Of a stretch of 64,000 bases of DNA, positions 9,812 to 18,945 are shown one piece after another (position 1 is the stretch's first letter; each line of letters begins with the position of its first letter). A program made the translations under genes and the position numbers. This DNA comes from Methanobacteriota archaeon (GTDB lineage: Archaea > Methanobacteriota > Methanobacteria > Methanobacteriales > Methanobacteriaceae), in NCBI GenBank assembly GCA_963787255.1, contig CAWBCJ010000029.1, positions 1 through 64,000 of the forward strand, given 5' to 3'. The notes beneath the pieces are model-generated. The model was not told where the DNA came from and ran no database searches. It saw only the letters and a list, made by a program, of their open reading frames with translations.

Positions 9812-10942
9812 ATGAATTCGATTTTAGAAATTGAAGATAAGATAAATACTCTCAAAAAAGAAGATGAAGAGTCATACAGAATAATTAATAACATATTTCA
9901 TATTTCAAGTGCTACTGGTTCCATGATAATTCCCAATTCATATAGGAAAAAAGTCCTGCAGGTTTTTGGGAAAAAGGACGATGAGGGGAATATTATAGAA
10001 TCTGAAAATGAGGTTATTGAGAGAATAGAAAGCCAAAAAGTGGTAAAAACTTATAATAAATGGACAGGGAGTGGATCTCTTTTCAATTCATTGAGGGCCA
10101 GCAGGCCGGGAGTAGGGCAGGAAGAAAAAATAGATATTAGAAAAAAGGTTGATGAATACATTAAAGCATCTGAAAAGGGCTGTGAATTTTGCGCTCCTGA
10201 AATATATACTCCTGAAGATGTATTTGGAAGAGTGAAAGGAAAATATGGTATTACCGGGTCAAATATTGCCAAATATGACGCGTGGAGTAGTGTGATATTT
10301 TTCAAAAGGCATAATCCTCTGGAATTTTCACTTGAAGAACTCTCAGATTACATAGATATTGGTTTTAAGTGGTTTAAAAAGGTTTATGATTATGATAAAC
10401 AATTTAAATATCCTTTTTTCCTGTGGAATTGCCTTCAAAAAGCGGGAGCTTCACAAATACACAGTCACGCCCAAATATTAATGACAGATCGTATTCATTA
10501 TGCAAAACCTCAGCTACTAAAGAAGACTTTCCGCGAATACATGAAATTAACCGGGAACGACTACTTCAAAGACCTATATAAAGTTCATAATGCCCTGGGA
10601 TTAGCTTTAGATGGAGATGTAGATGGTTTTGCAAGTATAACCCCTATTAAAGAAAAAGAATTCATCATTATATCAAGAGATAATCCTTCAAAGAGTGAAA
10701 GTGTAAAAGAAGCGATTTATAGAGTATTACGGTGCTATATTGATGAGTTAGGGGTTACCAGTTTTAATCTGGTGATTTCATGCCCGGCATTTGGCGAAAT
10801 TTCTATTCCCTATGTAATACAGATTATAGATCGAGGAAGTATTTTTAAAACAACGGTGGATACCGGTGCTATGGAACTTTATGGAAGCAGTGTGATTTCA
10901 GATGATCCCTATAATGTGATTAAGGCTATTAATGAGTTTTAA
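9812..10942 (+). CDS. GalT/HIT-superfamily nucleotidyltransferase-like protein
   Basis: CEFC zinc knuckle and AGASQIHSHAQ (HxHxQ) motif. Confidence 0.65.
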   Translation: MNSILEIEDKINTLKKEDEESYRIINNIFHISSATGSMIIPNSYRKKVLQVFGKKDDEGNIIESENEVIERIESQKVVKTYNKWTGSGSLFNSLRASRPGVGQEEKIDIRKKVDEYIKASEKGCEFCAPEIYTPEDVFGRVKGKYGITGSNIAKYDAWSSVIFFKRHNPLEFSLEELSDYIDIGFKWFKKVYDYDKQFKYPFFLWNCLQKAGASQIHSHAQILMTDRIHYAKPQLLKKTFREYMKLTGNDYFKDLYKVHNALGLALDGDVDGFASITPIKEKEFIIISRDNPSKSESVKEAIYRVLRCYIDELGVTSFNLVISCPAFGEISIPYVIQIIDRGSIFKTTVDTGAMELYGSSVISDDPYNVIKAINEF

Positions 10943-11109
10943 TGCAGATTTTGTTAGAACTTTCTGTAATATATTTTGACAAGAACCACTTGAATCATAT
11001 GAACAGTTCAAAAAAAATGAATATAATACTTTAAGGTTTGATTTCAGTATTATTTGAATAGATATAGGCATGAAGCAACCAAATCATGCAGAACCATACA
11101 TAAAATGGA

Positions 11110-11300
11110 ATGAGAATGGAAAGTGACAGTATGGGGAAAGTCTGGGCCCCTAAAAATCAATACTAGATAAAGCTTCAGAAATTGCTCATTTGGCCCACGA
11201 AAAAGGTCTTACTCTCAAAGAAGCTACTCTCAGTCTTGGTCATTTCTCTGAAGAAGATTTCGACTATATAATTAATCCTGCTAAAATGTTACGTCCTTGA
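11110..11300 (+). pseudogene. fumC: Class II fumarate hydratase/aspartase-family relic with a large internal deletion
   Basis: N-terminus MRMESDSMGKV is joined directly to a degraded APKI-Y and the C-terminus DKASEIAHLAHEKGLTLKEATLSLGHFSEEDFDYIINPAKMLRP*. Confidence 0.75.
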
Positions 11301-11414
11301 TGTCTGATTTTTATAATTCATATCAAATGTGATTTTTTCTAAATAAATCTATTTGTGCCTCATACACAGTATTTTTCATAAAAATTTTTTATTAATGGAA
11401 TTAATAATTATATT

Positions 11415-11906
11415 ATGGTGATATTTATGAGCATGTTTAAAATTCCTTCCATGAATAAAGAAGAATATGACAAATTAATAAGTGAAAATTATGTGAGCCG
11501 AATTGCCTTTGGCGGAAATAGTTATCCTTACATCGCTCCATTCATGTACGTTTTTAACGAAGATAAAAAATTTCTGTATTTCATGTCAACAAAATACGGC
11601 AAAAAAATAGGTTTATTTGAAAAAAATCCGAATGTTGCAGTTGAAATTGAAAAATACAGCGAAGATATGTCGCAGTATAAATTTGTGACATTACAAGGGA
11701 AAATTATAGAAGTTAAAAATGAATCTGAAAAGAAAGAAGTGAAAGAAAGATTTATTAACATGATTCAAAATAAACTTTCAAAAAAAGCACTGGCTGCGCT
11801 GGGATATTCACCTAATGAATCTCTAGAATCTCTCCTTAATGAAGAAAGAACTTTATTATGGAAACTTGTTAATGTCGAAAAGATTGTTGCACTAAAAAAT
11901 CCATAA
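11415..11906 (+). CDS. Pyridoxamine 5'-phosphate oxidase-like flavin-binding protein (NimA-like)
   Basis: SRIAF...YPYIAP..Y and GKKIGLFEKNPNVAVEI split-barrel motifs. Confidence 0.85.
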   Translation: MVIFMSMFKIPSMNKEEYDKLISENYVSRIAFGGNSYPYIAPFMYVFNEDKKFLYFMSTKYGKKIGLFEKNPNVAVEIEKYSEDMSQYKFVTLQGKIIEVKNESEKKEVKERFINMIQNKLSKKALAALGYSPNESLESLLNEERTLLWKLVNVEKIVALKNP

Positions 11907-12175
11907 CATTTTTTTTTATTATTAATTATTTTTTTTGTAGTATTTTAATTAACCAAAAAATATGTATTTTAAGCCAAAAGCAGCAAAAAAGAATCATATT
12001 CCTTACTGACATTTGTTTTTAGAGTAATGAATAGCAGTTGCCTTGGACACAGCAATAGTGATAACTTTTAGGAGATAAAATCCAGGACATTTTACCATGC
12101 TATTTATTTAATTTCCATAACTATTTATTTGGATTTTTCAGTGATATATGTTGTAGGAAAAAAGTCTACGTATAG

Positions 12176-12853
12176 CTATTTTTTAAATTTTTCTTGAATC
12201 TTTTCACTTTTCAATTCACGAAGAGCATCTTTTGCAATCCATTTAGCGCTTTTAGAATTTTCTTTATTGATTTTTTCTGCAATAATGATGGATTTTTTAT
12301 TTAAATTAAGATTTCGTTTTCCAATTTGTCTTAATGCCCAGTTCACAGCTTTTTTAACAAAATTTCTATCATCAGTAGATTCTCTTATAATTATAGGAAA
12401 GAACTTCTCAAATTCACTATCATCTGCTTTTTTATCGTGAACGGCTAAAGTTGCAATAAGAGTGAAAGCAGCTCTTTTAACGAATTCTTCTTCCCTTTCA
12501 CTCCATTCGTATACTTTTTTGTATGCGAAGGGAGTTTTACGGAATAAATTCATGCAGCACTGGTCGCAGATGTCCCATGAGTCAAATTCAACCACCCAAT
12601 TTTCCATTTGTTCTTCAGTAACTATCTGTGGGTCATCTATCATGCTTGCCATGATTTTAGTTTCACTATATCCATGTTTCCAAAGTTTTTCTGCAAGTTC
12701 ATGATTTTTACCGGATTCACGTGCCATACGCCTTAATTCAGGCATTCTTACCCCATATGCCTTTTTTGTTTTTATTCCAAACCGCGCCATTCCTTCAACA
12801 TCTTCTGGATTGGATAGTGATTCAAGCTCTTTTATAATTTCTTCAAATTTCAT
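12176..12853 (-). CDS. AlkD-family DNA alkylation repair protein
   Basis: YGVRMPELR, FDSWDICD, W...EEEFVKRAA and FVKKAVNWALRQIGK HEAT-like repeat signatures. Confidence 0.9.
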   Translation of the reverse strand: MKFEEIIKELESLSNPEDVEGMARFGIKTKKAYGVRMPELRRMARESGKNHELAEKLWKHGYSETKIMASMIDDPQIVTEEQMENWVVEFDSWDICDQCCMNLFRKTPFAYKKVYEWSEREEEFVKRAAFTLIATLAVHDKKADDSEFEKFFPIIIRESTDDRNFVKKAVNWALRQIGKRNLNLNKKSIIIAEKINKENSKSAKWIAKDALRELKSEKIQEKFKK

Positions 12854-12881
12854 ATAAACTCATTTCCATAATTATTTTCTT

Positions 12882-13886
12882 TTAGCCATAAAAGTTTTTT
12901 AATACTTTTAAAGCGTTTAAAGTAATCCATTTACTTGGTTTTCCCTTTCGTTCTATGCTTGCCTGAAATCTTCCATTAAAAGTGTTTTCCAATATCCATT
13001 TGCCTTCATCGTTCTGCTTGGAAATCATTATGTCCATGGATTCCTGCATTCTTTCATCTTTATAACCTAATTTAGTCAGCAATCCTAACACTTCCAGGGC
13101 ATCGATACTCCACAGTAATGGAAACCCAAATTCTAGCCATTTAAATCTGCCTAAAATTGGAGATTTGCTTCTTTTGTGAATATGGTGATTAAGCATATGT
13201 TCAGCGCCTTTATGGATATAATCTTCCATTTCTGGCGTTCTTTTATTTTTCGGTATTTCCGCGAAGACTTTTAGGGATTTTACAATGATACTATGGCACG
13301 TGCGTTCTCCCCAGCATCTTTTCCACCGTTTATAAGGCCATTCATTCGGCGGTTTTCCCGACTCGTCGTCAAATCGCTGATACTTTATAAGCCATTCTAT
13401 TGCTTTTTCAACCCTTTCATCCTCTAGATATCCAAATCTGATAAGACTCCAGACCATATTTGCTGTAAGACATGGCAATACTTTTTCATGGTCGCCTCCA
13501 CCTTCTTTAGAACTTATATATGAAAATGCACCGCTTACTGGATCTTGAGCGTTTTTTAGCATAAATTCAGAGGCTCTTTTAATTCTTTCATCTTCACCAT
13601 CAGCTCCAAGCTCTGCAAGAATAATAAGCTGCCATGAAGTTCCTTTATATTTACCTCTTAAATAGAAATTTTCCCGAATGCCCCAGTATCCTCCTTGCTC
13701 CTGTTTAGAAAGTATCTTGGGAACTACTCCAGTTTTCATAATGTTTTGTTTAGCTTCTTTAACTTCAGAGTCATCTATGGGCCTATCAAGAATATTAACT
13801 AATGTAAAATATCTAACTGAAGGATTATTTCCTTCAAGAAGCCAATTTGTCGGATTTGCATTTAAGTGGGATTTCAAGTTACTCAT
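12882..13886 (-). CDS. Prenyltransferase/squalene-cyclase-repeat (alpha/alpha barrel) protein
   Basis: QW-like repeats QEQGGYW, WLIKYQRFD and KQNDEGKW, plus C-terminal PSKWITLNAL. Start placed at MSNLK after GGTGTGG. Confidence 0.7.
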   Translation of the reverse strand: MSNLKSHLNANPTNWLLEGNNPSVRYFTLVNILDRPIDDSEVKEAKQNIMKTGVVPKILSKQEQGGYWGIRENFYLRGKYKGTSWQLIILAELGADGEDERIKRASEFMLKNAQDPVSGAFSYISSKEGGGDHEKVLPCLTANMVWSLIRFGYLEDERVEKAIEWLIKYQRFDDESGKPPNEWPYKRWKRCWGERTCHSIIVKSLKVFAEIPKNKRTPEMEDYIHKGAEHMLNHHIHKRSKSPILGRFKWLEFGFPLLWSIDALEVLGLLTKLGYKDERMQESMDIMISKQNDEGKWILENTFNGRFQASIERKGKPSKWITLNALKVLKNFYG

Positions 13887-13958
13887 TTCCACACCAATGT
13901 TGATTTTACTTAAATTTTTAAATATTTCATTAATCAATTATAAATATCCAAATAGATA

Positions 13959-14342
13959 TTATGTCTTTTTTGATTTATTTTGGCCCATATACGCACCCAA
14001 TCCAATATTTACGGCCGGAATGATGATGTATAAAGGTGCAACATACATTGCATAGCTGGTTAAACCTATCTGTGTTATTCCTACAGTTATCATGAGCAGA
14101 TCCAGTAAAATGCTAATTATGAGCCAGATAACTCCTATTAAAACTCCTTCTTTGATGAAATTCGCATTTATACCCTTTAAATACAAATAAGAAAATGTTA
14201 TAACAGTTATAGCAATAGCTGCCGCTGATATTATTTCAAAAATTAAAAATACATTTGAAAAAAACTCCAGAACAACTGTAATCAATGAGGGTATCAGCCA
14301 TACTAAAAATCCATAACCTACTATTTTTAAATTTTTATTCAT
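13959..14342 (-). CDS. 4-TM membrane protein (paralog of the adjacent gene)
   Basis: Shares GFLVWLIP, ANFIKEG and IG.W...I..D motifs with 14356..14739. Confidence 0.8.
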   Translation of the reverse strand: MNKNLKIVGYGFLVWLIPSLITVVLEFFSNVFLIFEIISAAAIAITVITFSYLYLKGINANFIKEGVLIGVIWLIISILLDLLMITVGITQIGLTSYAMYVAPLYIIIPAVNIGLGAYMGQNKSKKT

Positions 14343-14355
14343 GACACCACCTCAT

Positions 14356-14739
14356 TTAGGTATTTGATTTATTTTGAGCTAAATATCCAAATCCAATTGT
14401 TATTACAGGGATTATCAAATATGTAAGGCCAATATCCATAATATAATCGGCGAAATTCATGTGCATTGGGCTTGCTGGCAAGAACATGACCAGATCTATA
14501 GCTATATTGATCATAAACCATGCCAAACCTATTATGATACCTTCTTTAATAAAATTTGCATCTAGATTCTTCATATAATAATAAGCAAGGATAATTACAA
14601 TTATTGTAAGAATTAAAGGCATTATAGATTCAAACAAAGGCCTCATTGTTGCTTTCAATGGAAATACTACAAAAGATACCAAAAAAGGAATTAACCACAC
14701 TAAAAATCCAAATATTAGTATTTTCAAATATTTGTTCAT
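14356..14739 (-). CDS. 4-TM membrane protein
   Basis: Four hydrophobic helices; AGGTG RBS before MNKYLK. Confidence 0.8.
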   Translation of the reverse strand: MNKYLKILIFGFLVWLIPFLVSFVVFPLKATMRPLFESIMPLILTIIVIILAYYYMKNLDANFIKEGIIIGLAWFMINIAIDLVMFLPASPMHMNFADYIMDIGLTYLIIPVITIGFGYLAQNKSNT

Positions 14740-14754
14740 TTCTCGCACCTATTT

Positions 14755-15378
14755 CTATTTTATTGGTTGTCTAATAATAGTTTTAAGCCTTTCAGGCTTT
14801 GTTCGACGTATATCACTTAAATATATTTCATGATGTTTCTGGCCATGCCTGCTGCCCTCGAATTCATATCCATTTTCATGAATAAAATTGTGCAATTTCT
14901 CCACTGTTGGACCTTCTTCTGAATATGGCCCTATATGCATTATCTGGGCTGATAAACCTTCATGCAGGGTTTCAAACCTTATTCTGGAAAGTGCTTCTGG
15001 ATTCTTCTTTTCTTTTACCTCTTCAATGGCCTTATTTATAATAGCTTTACTTATAAAATCAGGTTGTCTTATCATTACCGTCCATTTCCAGCTGCTCTTA
15101 TCTTCAATACTGAAATCTTCCATGTTATCCCCCCACCAAAGACCTTCAAGAGGCATTACAACATAATCCTGTGATTTTTCCTTTTTAGAAATGAATTTAG
15201 TCTTATATGAAACTGGAAACAGTGCTTCCATTGCATCCTGATATTCTTTAGATGTGTTCGGGTCTCCCTGGCCATCAATCATTAAAAAATTCATCTGAGG
15301 AACTTCTACAATGGAAGGCTTCTTTTTAGAAGGAGTATATAGTTCCTTATTTTCCTTTTTCAAGTCTATTTTTGCCAT
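14755..15378 (-). CDS. GyrI-like small-molecule-binding protein (cyclopropyl-hydrolase-like subfamily)
   Basis: GQGDPN, VMPLEGLWW, HIGPYSEE and HHEIYLSD motifs. It has its own GGAGA RBS and ATG at 15378 inside ORF 14755..15798. Confidence 0.85.
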   Translation of the reverse strand: MAKIDLKKENKELYTPSKKKPSIVEVPQMNFLMIDGQGDPNTSKEYQDAMEALFPVSYKTKFISKKEKSQDYVVMPLEGLWWGDNMEDFSIEDKSSWKWTVMIRQPDFISKAIINKAIEEVKEKKNPEALSRIRFETLHEGLSAQIMHIGPYSEEGPTVEKLHNFIHENGYEFEGSRHGQKHHEIYLSDIRRTKPERLKTIIRQPIK

Positions 15379-15798
15379 TTTCTTTATTCTCCAAAATATT
15401 TTTCCGCAACTGTAACAATAACCCTTATGAACACAAATCGTGCCCCCACACTCAGAACATGTCCATCTCACATTTTCATTTTCTAAGAATTTATTAATGC
15501 CAAAATTCTTAATGTTTTCAAGATTTCGGGTCATGCTCATATTGTATTTAGTTCGGTATCTTTTATCCAAATTTTTCAAACTTTTACATGGGAAATTATC
15601 ACACTCAAAACAAAACTTTAACTCACCCTTTTGAATAGCTTCGCAATTTTTTATTTTACATCTAGCAATACTAACTGGTTCCTTTGCATTAAATTGCCTG
15701 CAACCAGGACATTTGTTTTTTTCTCTTAAATAAGCATAGCAAACACCGCAATTCATTCCGCAGGGCGCTACAAGATGCGATTTATTTGATGATTCCAT
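15379..15798 (-). CDS. DUF3795-like cysteine-rich protein (in frame with the downstream GyrI-like gene in this assembly)
   Basis: APCGMNCGVC, CPGC, CFECDNFPC and CSECGG...CYSC motifs. Confidence 0.8.
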
Positions 15799-15835
15799 TT
15801 TTTCTCCTTTCTACCTCATTAAATATGTAAAGTGA

Positions 15836-16294
15836 CTATTCTTTCATCACCGGGAAACACATCTCGGTTATAAGCTCGCTTTCTGGTGTTTCATTTGGAT
15901 CAGAAATGTAGGTTTCCATAGGAGGTCCAATTATTTCGTAGCCATTTTTATAGGCATATTGGGCTAGTGCACCGATTACTGTGCCACATTCGCTGTAAGG
16001 ACCCTTGTAAATTGTGGAAAGGACTAATTGTTCAGTTACTGTTTTGATTTTCACCCTACCTTCTTCTTCTGCTTCCCCTGCAAATGGCATTCCAATTTCA
16101 TACATCAATTCTTCAACTGACACTTCATGGGGGCTGTTGAAGTATACTCCAAATGGTGGACCCATTATCTGTAGGCCTTTGGCCATTATAAATCCAACAA
16201 CTTCCCCCATGAGAACTGGTATCTCATCATAGGGGCCTTTATATGTTATGTATGCTATTTGTCTTTTTCCAAGCTTCTTTTCTACAATTTCCAT
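15836..16294 (-). CDS. GyrI-like effector-binding domain protein
   Basis: Duplicated KGPY motifs, GPP.E.Y..DP and TEMCFPV. Confidence 0.9.
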   Translation of the reverse strand: MEIVEKKLGKRQIAYITYKGPYDEIPVLMGEVVGFIMAKGLQIMGPPFGVYFNSPHEVSVEELMYEIGMPFAGEAEEEGRVKIKTVTEQLVLSTIYKGPYSECGTVIGALAQYAYKNGYEIIGPPMETYISDPNETPESELITEMCFPVMKE

Positions 16295-16305
16295 TTTATC
16301 CCGCC

Positions 16306-16854
16306 TTATAACTTTTCTTCCCTTTTAATTTTTTCAATGAATTTTTCAACCCATGCCAATTCCGTTTTAAGACTTGCTAACGGTCTACTGAAAAGTGCAA
16401 CCACATAGTATGGGGCATTCAATTCCTCTTGAGTCTTAACTGAGCTTTCCAGGAATTTAATCCTTCCTTGGGCCGATTCCAGATAATTTTCAAAACAATC
16501 AATAACTTCTTGCGGTTCCAGATAGTTGAGATAAGCCAGGCCTAGATCAAAGGGATTAATTAACTTTTTATTCCATGAAAGAAGATCAATGAGCTTTTCT
16601 TTCATGGTTTGCCTTCCCAGATTAGTTATTGTAAAGACTTTACGTGATGGTTTGCCCTCCACCTTTTCAAGCTTCGATTTCACCAGTTCCTTCTTTTCCA
16701 GCTTCTTTAAGACATAATAAATGGACGAAAACCCTATTTGAGTCCAATTACGCATTCCCCATCCTTCAATGGTCTTCTCCAGATGGTAACCGTACTGTGG
16801 TTCCTCGTAGAGCAGGCCAAGTATGGCTGCCTCTAGGTCTGATATTCTAGACAT
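16306..16854 (-). CDS. PadR-family transcriptional regulator
   Basis: AILGLL..PQYGY, SSIYYVLKKLEK and RKVFTIT..GR motifs with a C-terminal helical domain. Confidence 0.92.
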   Translation of the reverse strand: MSRISDLEAAILGLLYEEPQYGYHLEKTIEGWGMRNWTQIGFSSIYYVLKKLEKKELVKSKLEKVEGKPSRKVFTITNLGRQTMKEKLIDLLSWNKKLINPFDLGLAYLNYLEPQEVIDCFENYLESAQGRIKFLESSVKTQEELNAPYYVVALFSRPLASLKTELAWVEKFIEKIKREEKL

Positions 16855-16885
16855 ATAATATTATAGTTATAGAATATACTATAAA
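16842..16885 (-). promoter_or_regulatory. Probable leaderless promoter with inverted repeats (putative PadR operator)
   Basis: TTTATAG box about 25 nt upstream of the ATG; TTATAGT-N10-ACTATAA (16861-16884) and ATATTCTA-N20-TAGAATAT (16842-16877). Confidence 0.5.
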
Positions 16886-17074
16886 AAGTTTACTTAAACA
16901 ATTCAAAAAAAATTAGTTTAGATATTTAATACAGAATAAAAATAATTAACTTCCAGTTTAAAAGTTCAATAATTCTTAAAACTACCATTTTATTTTTTTT
17001 AATACTTTAAAATTCTTCTTAAATAATTAAGTGTTAAGAAAAATTTATTAAATAATTAGTAAATACTATCATGC

Positions 17075-18021
17075 ATGATAAACAAAAAACCCTCTAATTT
17101 TGGATTTAAATATATACTATTATTATTTGTTTTATTTTTGTCTATTTGTGCAGTAGCGGCACACCAGCCCCGAGTAGACGTTGGAACAAACACTACAGTT
17201 TCAAATCCAATAATAGTGGAAAATCCTGAAATTTCCCAGGCTTTTTACGGGAACTTGAAGGGCAGCCCTGATTATTACCAGATTACTTCAGATAAACCCT
17301 TTGAATTGTACCTAAATCTTCTTGTACCTGCAAGTCCAGGTTTAGGTGGAAGTTTACCATCTTTACAAGTCACTGATTCATCTGGAAAAGTAATATTAAC
17401 ATTAAATGGAACAACCAGCACATGGACACCTTATTTCGAAGAATTTGGAGGTGATTACTACCTAAAAGGACCTGAAGCCACTGAGAATGTTCCGGCAGGC
17501 ACATATAACATCAAAATATTTAATACCAATAACCAGGGGAAATATTCTCTTGCCATTGGAAAAATAGAAACATTTCCTGCAGATGAGTCCTTAAAGCAAT
17601 AATAAACTTACCTATACTCAAAGAACAGTTCTTCGGCAAACCTGTTACTGTATTATTCCTGGAGTTTTTAGGAATTATTTTGGCACTTGGAACCATAATG
17701 GTACTCTTTGTATTGACTATAATGTCCAGAAAATCCCAGGAAGTCACTGAAATAACTGCAAAAGCAGCTGGCGCACTTAAACCATTGATGTGGCTTGGAA
17801 TAGCCATAACTGGTTTTATATGGGCTTACGTGATGTTTCAGAATCCATTAAACATTATTGGGCTTGTAAATAGCTTGGTTTTGGTTATTGCAATTGTATT
17901 AAGCGTTTTTGTAAGTTCTAAAATCTCTAAAATGGAATTTGGAAAAATACCCATTATAAGCACAACAATACTTGTCTTAGTTTGGTGGTTATTTGTTTAC
18001 TGGGCAATAACAGTAATTTAA
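17075..18021 (+). CDS. Membrane protein with signal peptide, extracellular beta domain and C-terminal TM helices (frameshift near 17597)
   Basis: ORFs 17075..17602 and 17680..18021 join through AIINLPILKEQFFGKPV in the shifted frame. Confidence 0.7.
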
Positions 18022-18198
18022 TTCCTCCACTCATTTTTTTGGGGATTAAATTGATTCATTTGAAGAAAAATAAACAAATTAGTGGAACAATTCAGTTCTA
18101 ATTTTCTTTTTTTTGATGTTTTTCCAAAAATATTTATAAAAAAATAAATTTGAGTAGAATATATACAAATTAAGTTTTAAGGATAATAAGGTAAAATC

Positions 18199-18651
18199 AT
18201 GGATATCATATACGGAACAATATTGGTCTTTGGAACAAGTATTTTAGAATTATGGGCCGCAATACCTATAGGATTGGCATTTAAACTTAATCCGTTTATA
18301 ATTGGAACTGCAGCAGCGTTAGGTGCAATTTTTGCTGCATTTCTGGTTTCATTTCTAGGAGAAGGTATTAGAGAAAAGTTTATTAAATGGCGATATGGGA
18401 AAAATAAAGACTTAAAAAAAGGAAACTTTTATAAAATTTGGAATAAATATGGTATAATTGGTTTAGGTCTTCTTTCACCACTGATTTTTGGTGCTCCCCT
18501 TGGTACCGCATTGGGAATAGCATTAGGTGCTGAAAGAAAAGCATTATTTGTTTGGATGAGTGTCGGAATTGTTCTTTGGAGTGTTCTTCTTACCGGAGCA
18601 GGCTATCTTGGATTTATGACTTTTCAATCCTCATTTAATTTAAACATTTAA
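18199..18651 (+). CDS. Small multidrug export-like membrane protein (COG2426-like)
   Basis: ELWAAIPIG and KYG..GL.L..P..G...G motifs. Confidence 0.75.
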   Translation: MDIIYGTILVFGTSILELWAAIPIGLAFKLNPFIIGTAAALGAIFAAFLVSFLGEGIREKFIKWRYGKNKDLKKGNFYKIWNKYGIIGLGLLSPLIFGAPLGTALGIALGAERKALFVWMSVGIVLWSVLLTGAGYLGFMTFQSSFNLNI

Positions 18652-18945
18652 AATAGGCCAATTAGAAGAGAATTTAAGTAAAAAATGTATATTAATTAAT
18701 TGAAAATAGGAATACTTTAATTTAATAAATATCATACAATATTTTTAGTTGAATTTAAATACTTATTAAACCTAATAAACAATTATAGGTTGATCGAAAC
18801 ATTTAATAGTATTATTAACTAATTCTCTTCTAAAAGAGAATAAAATATTAAATAAGATTAGAATAAATAAAATAAAGAATAATATTTATTTTAAATAATT
18901 TGAAAGGCATATTAACGTTTCTAATAGTGTTCAGAAGGTGTTCAT

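Noticed and set aside
12882-13886. Possible link to nitrogen fixation or hopanoid synthesis
   Set aside because: No P-loop or NifH cysteine motifs, no DxDD cyclase motif, and about half the length of a squalene-hopene cyclase.
18822-18841. Inverted repeat ATTCTCTT-CTAA-AAGAGAAT upstream of ino1
   Set aside because: A single AT-rich instance with no candidate regulator; too weak to call.
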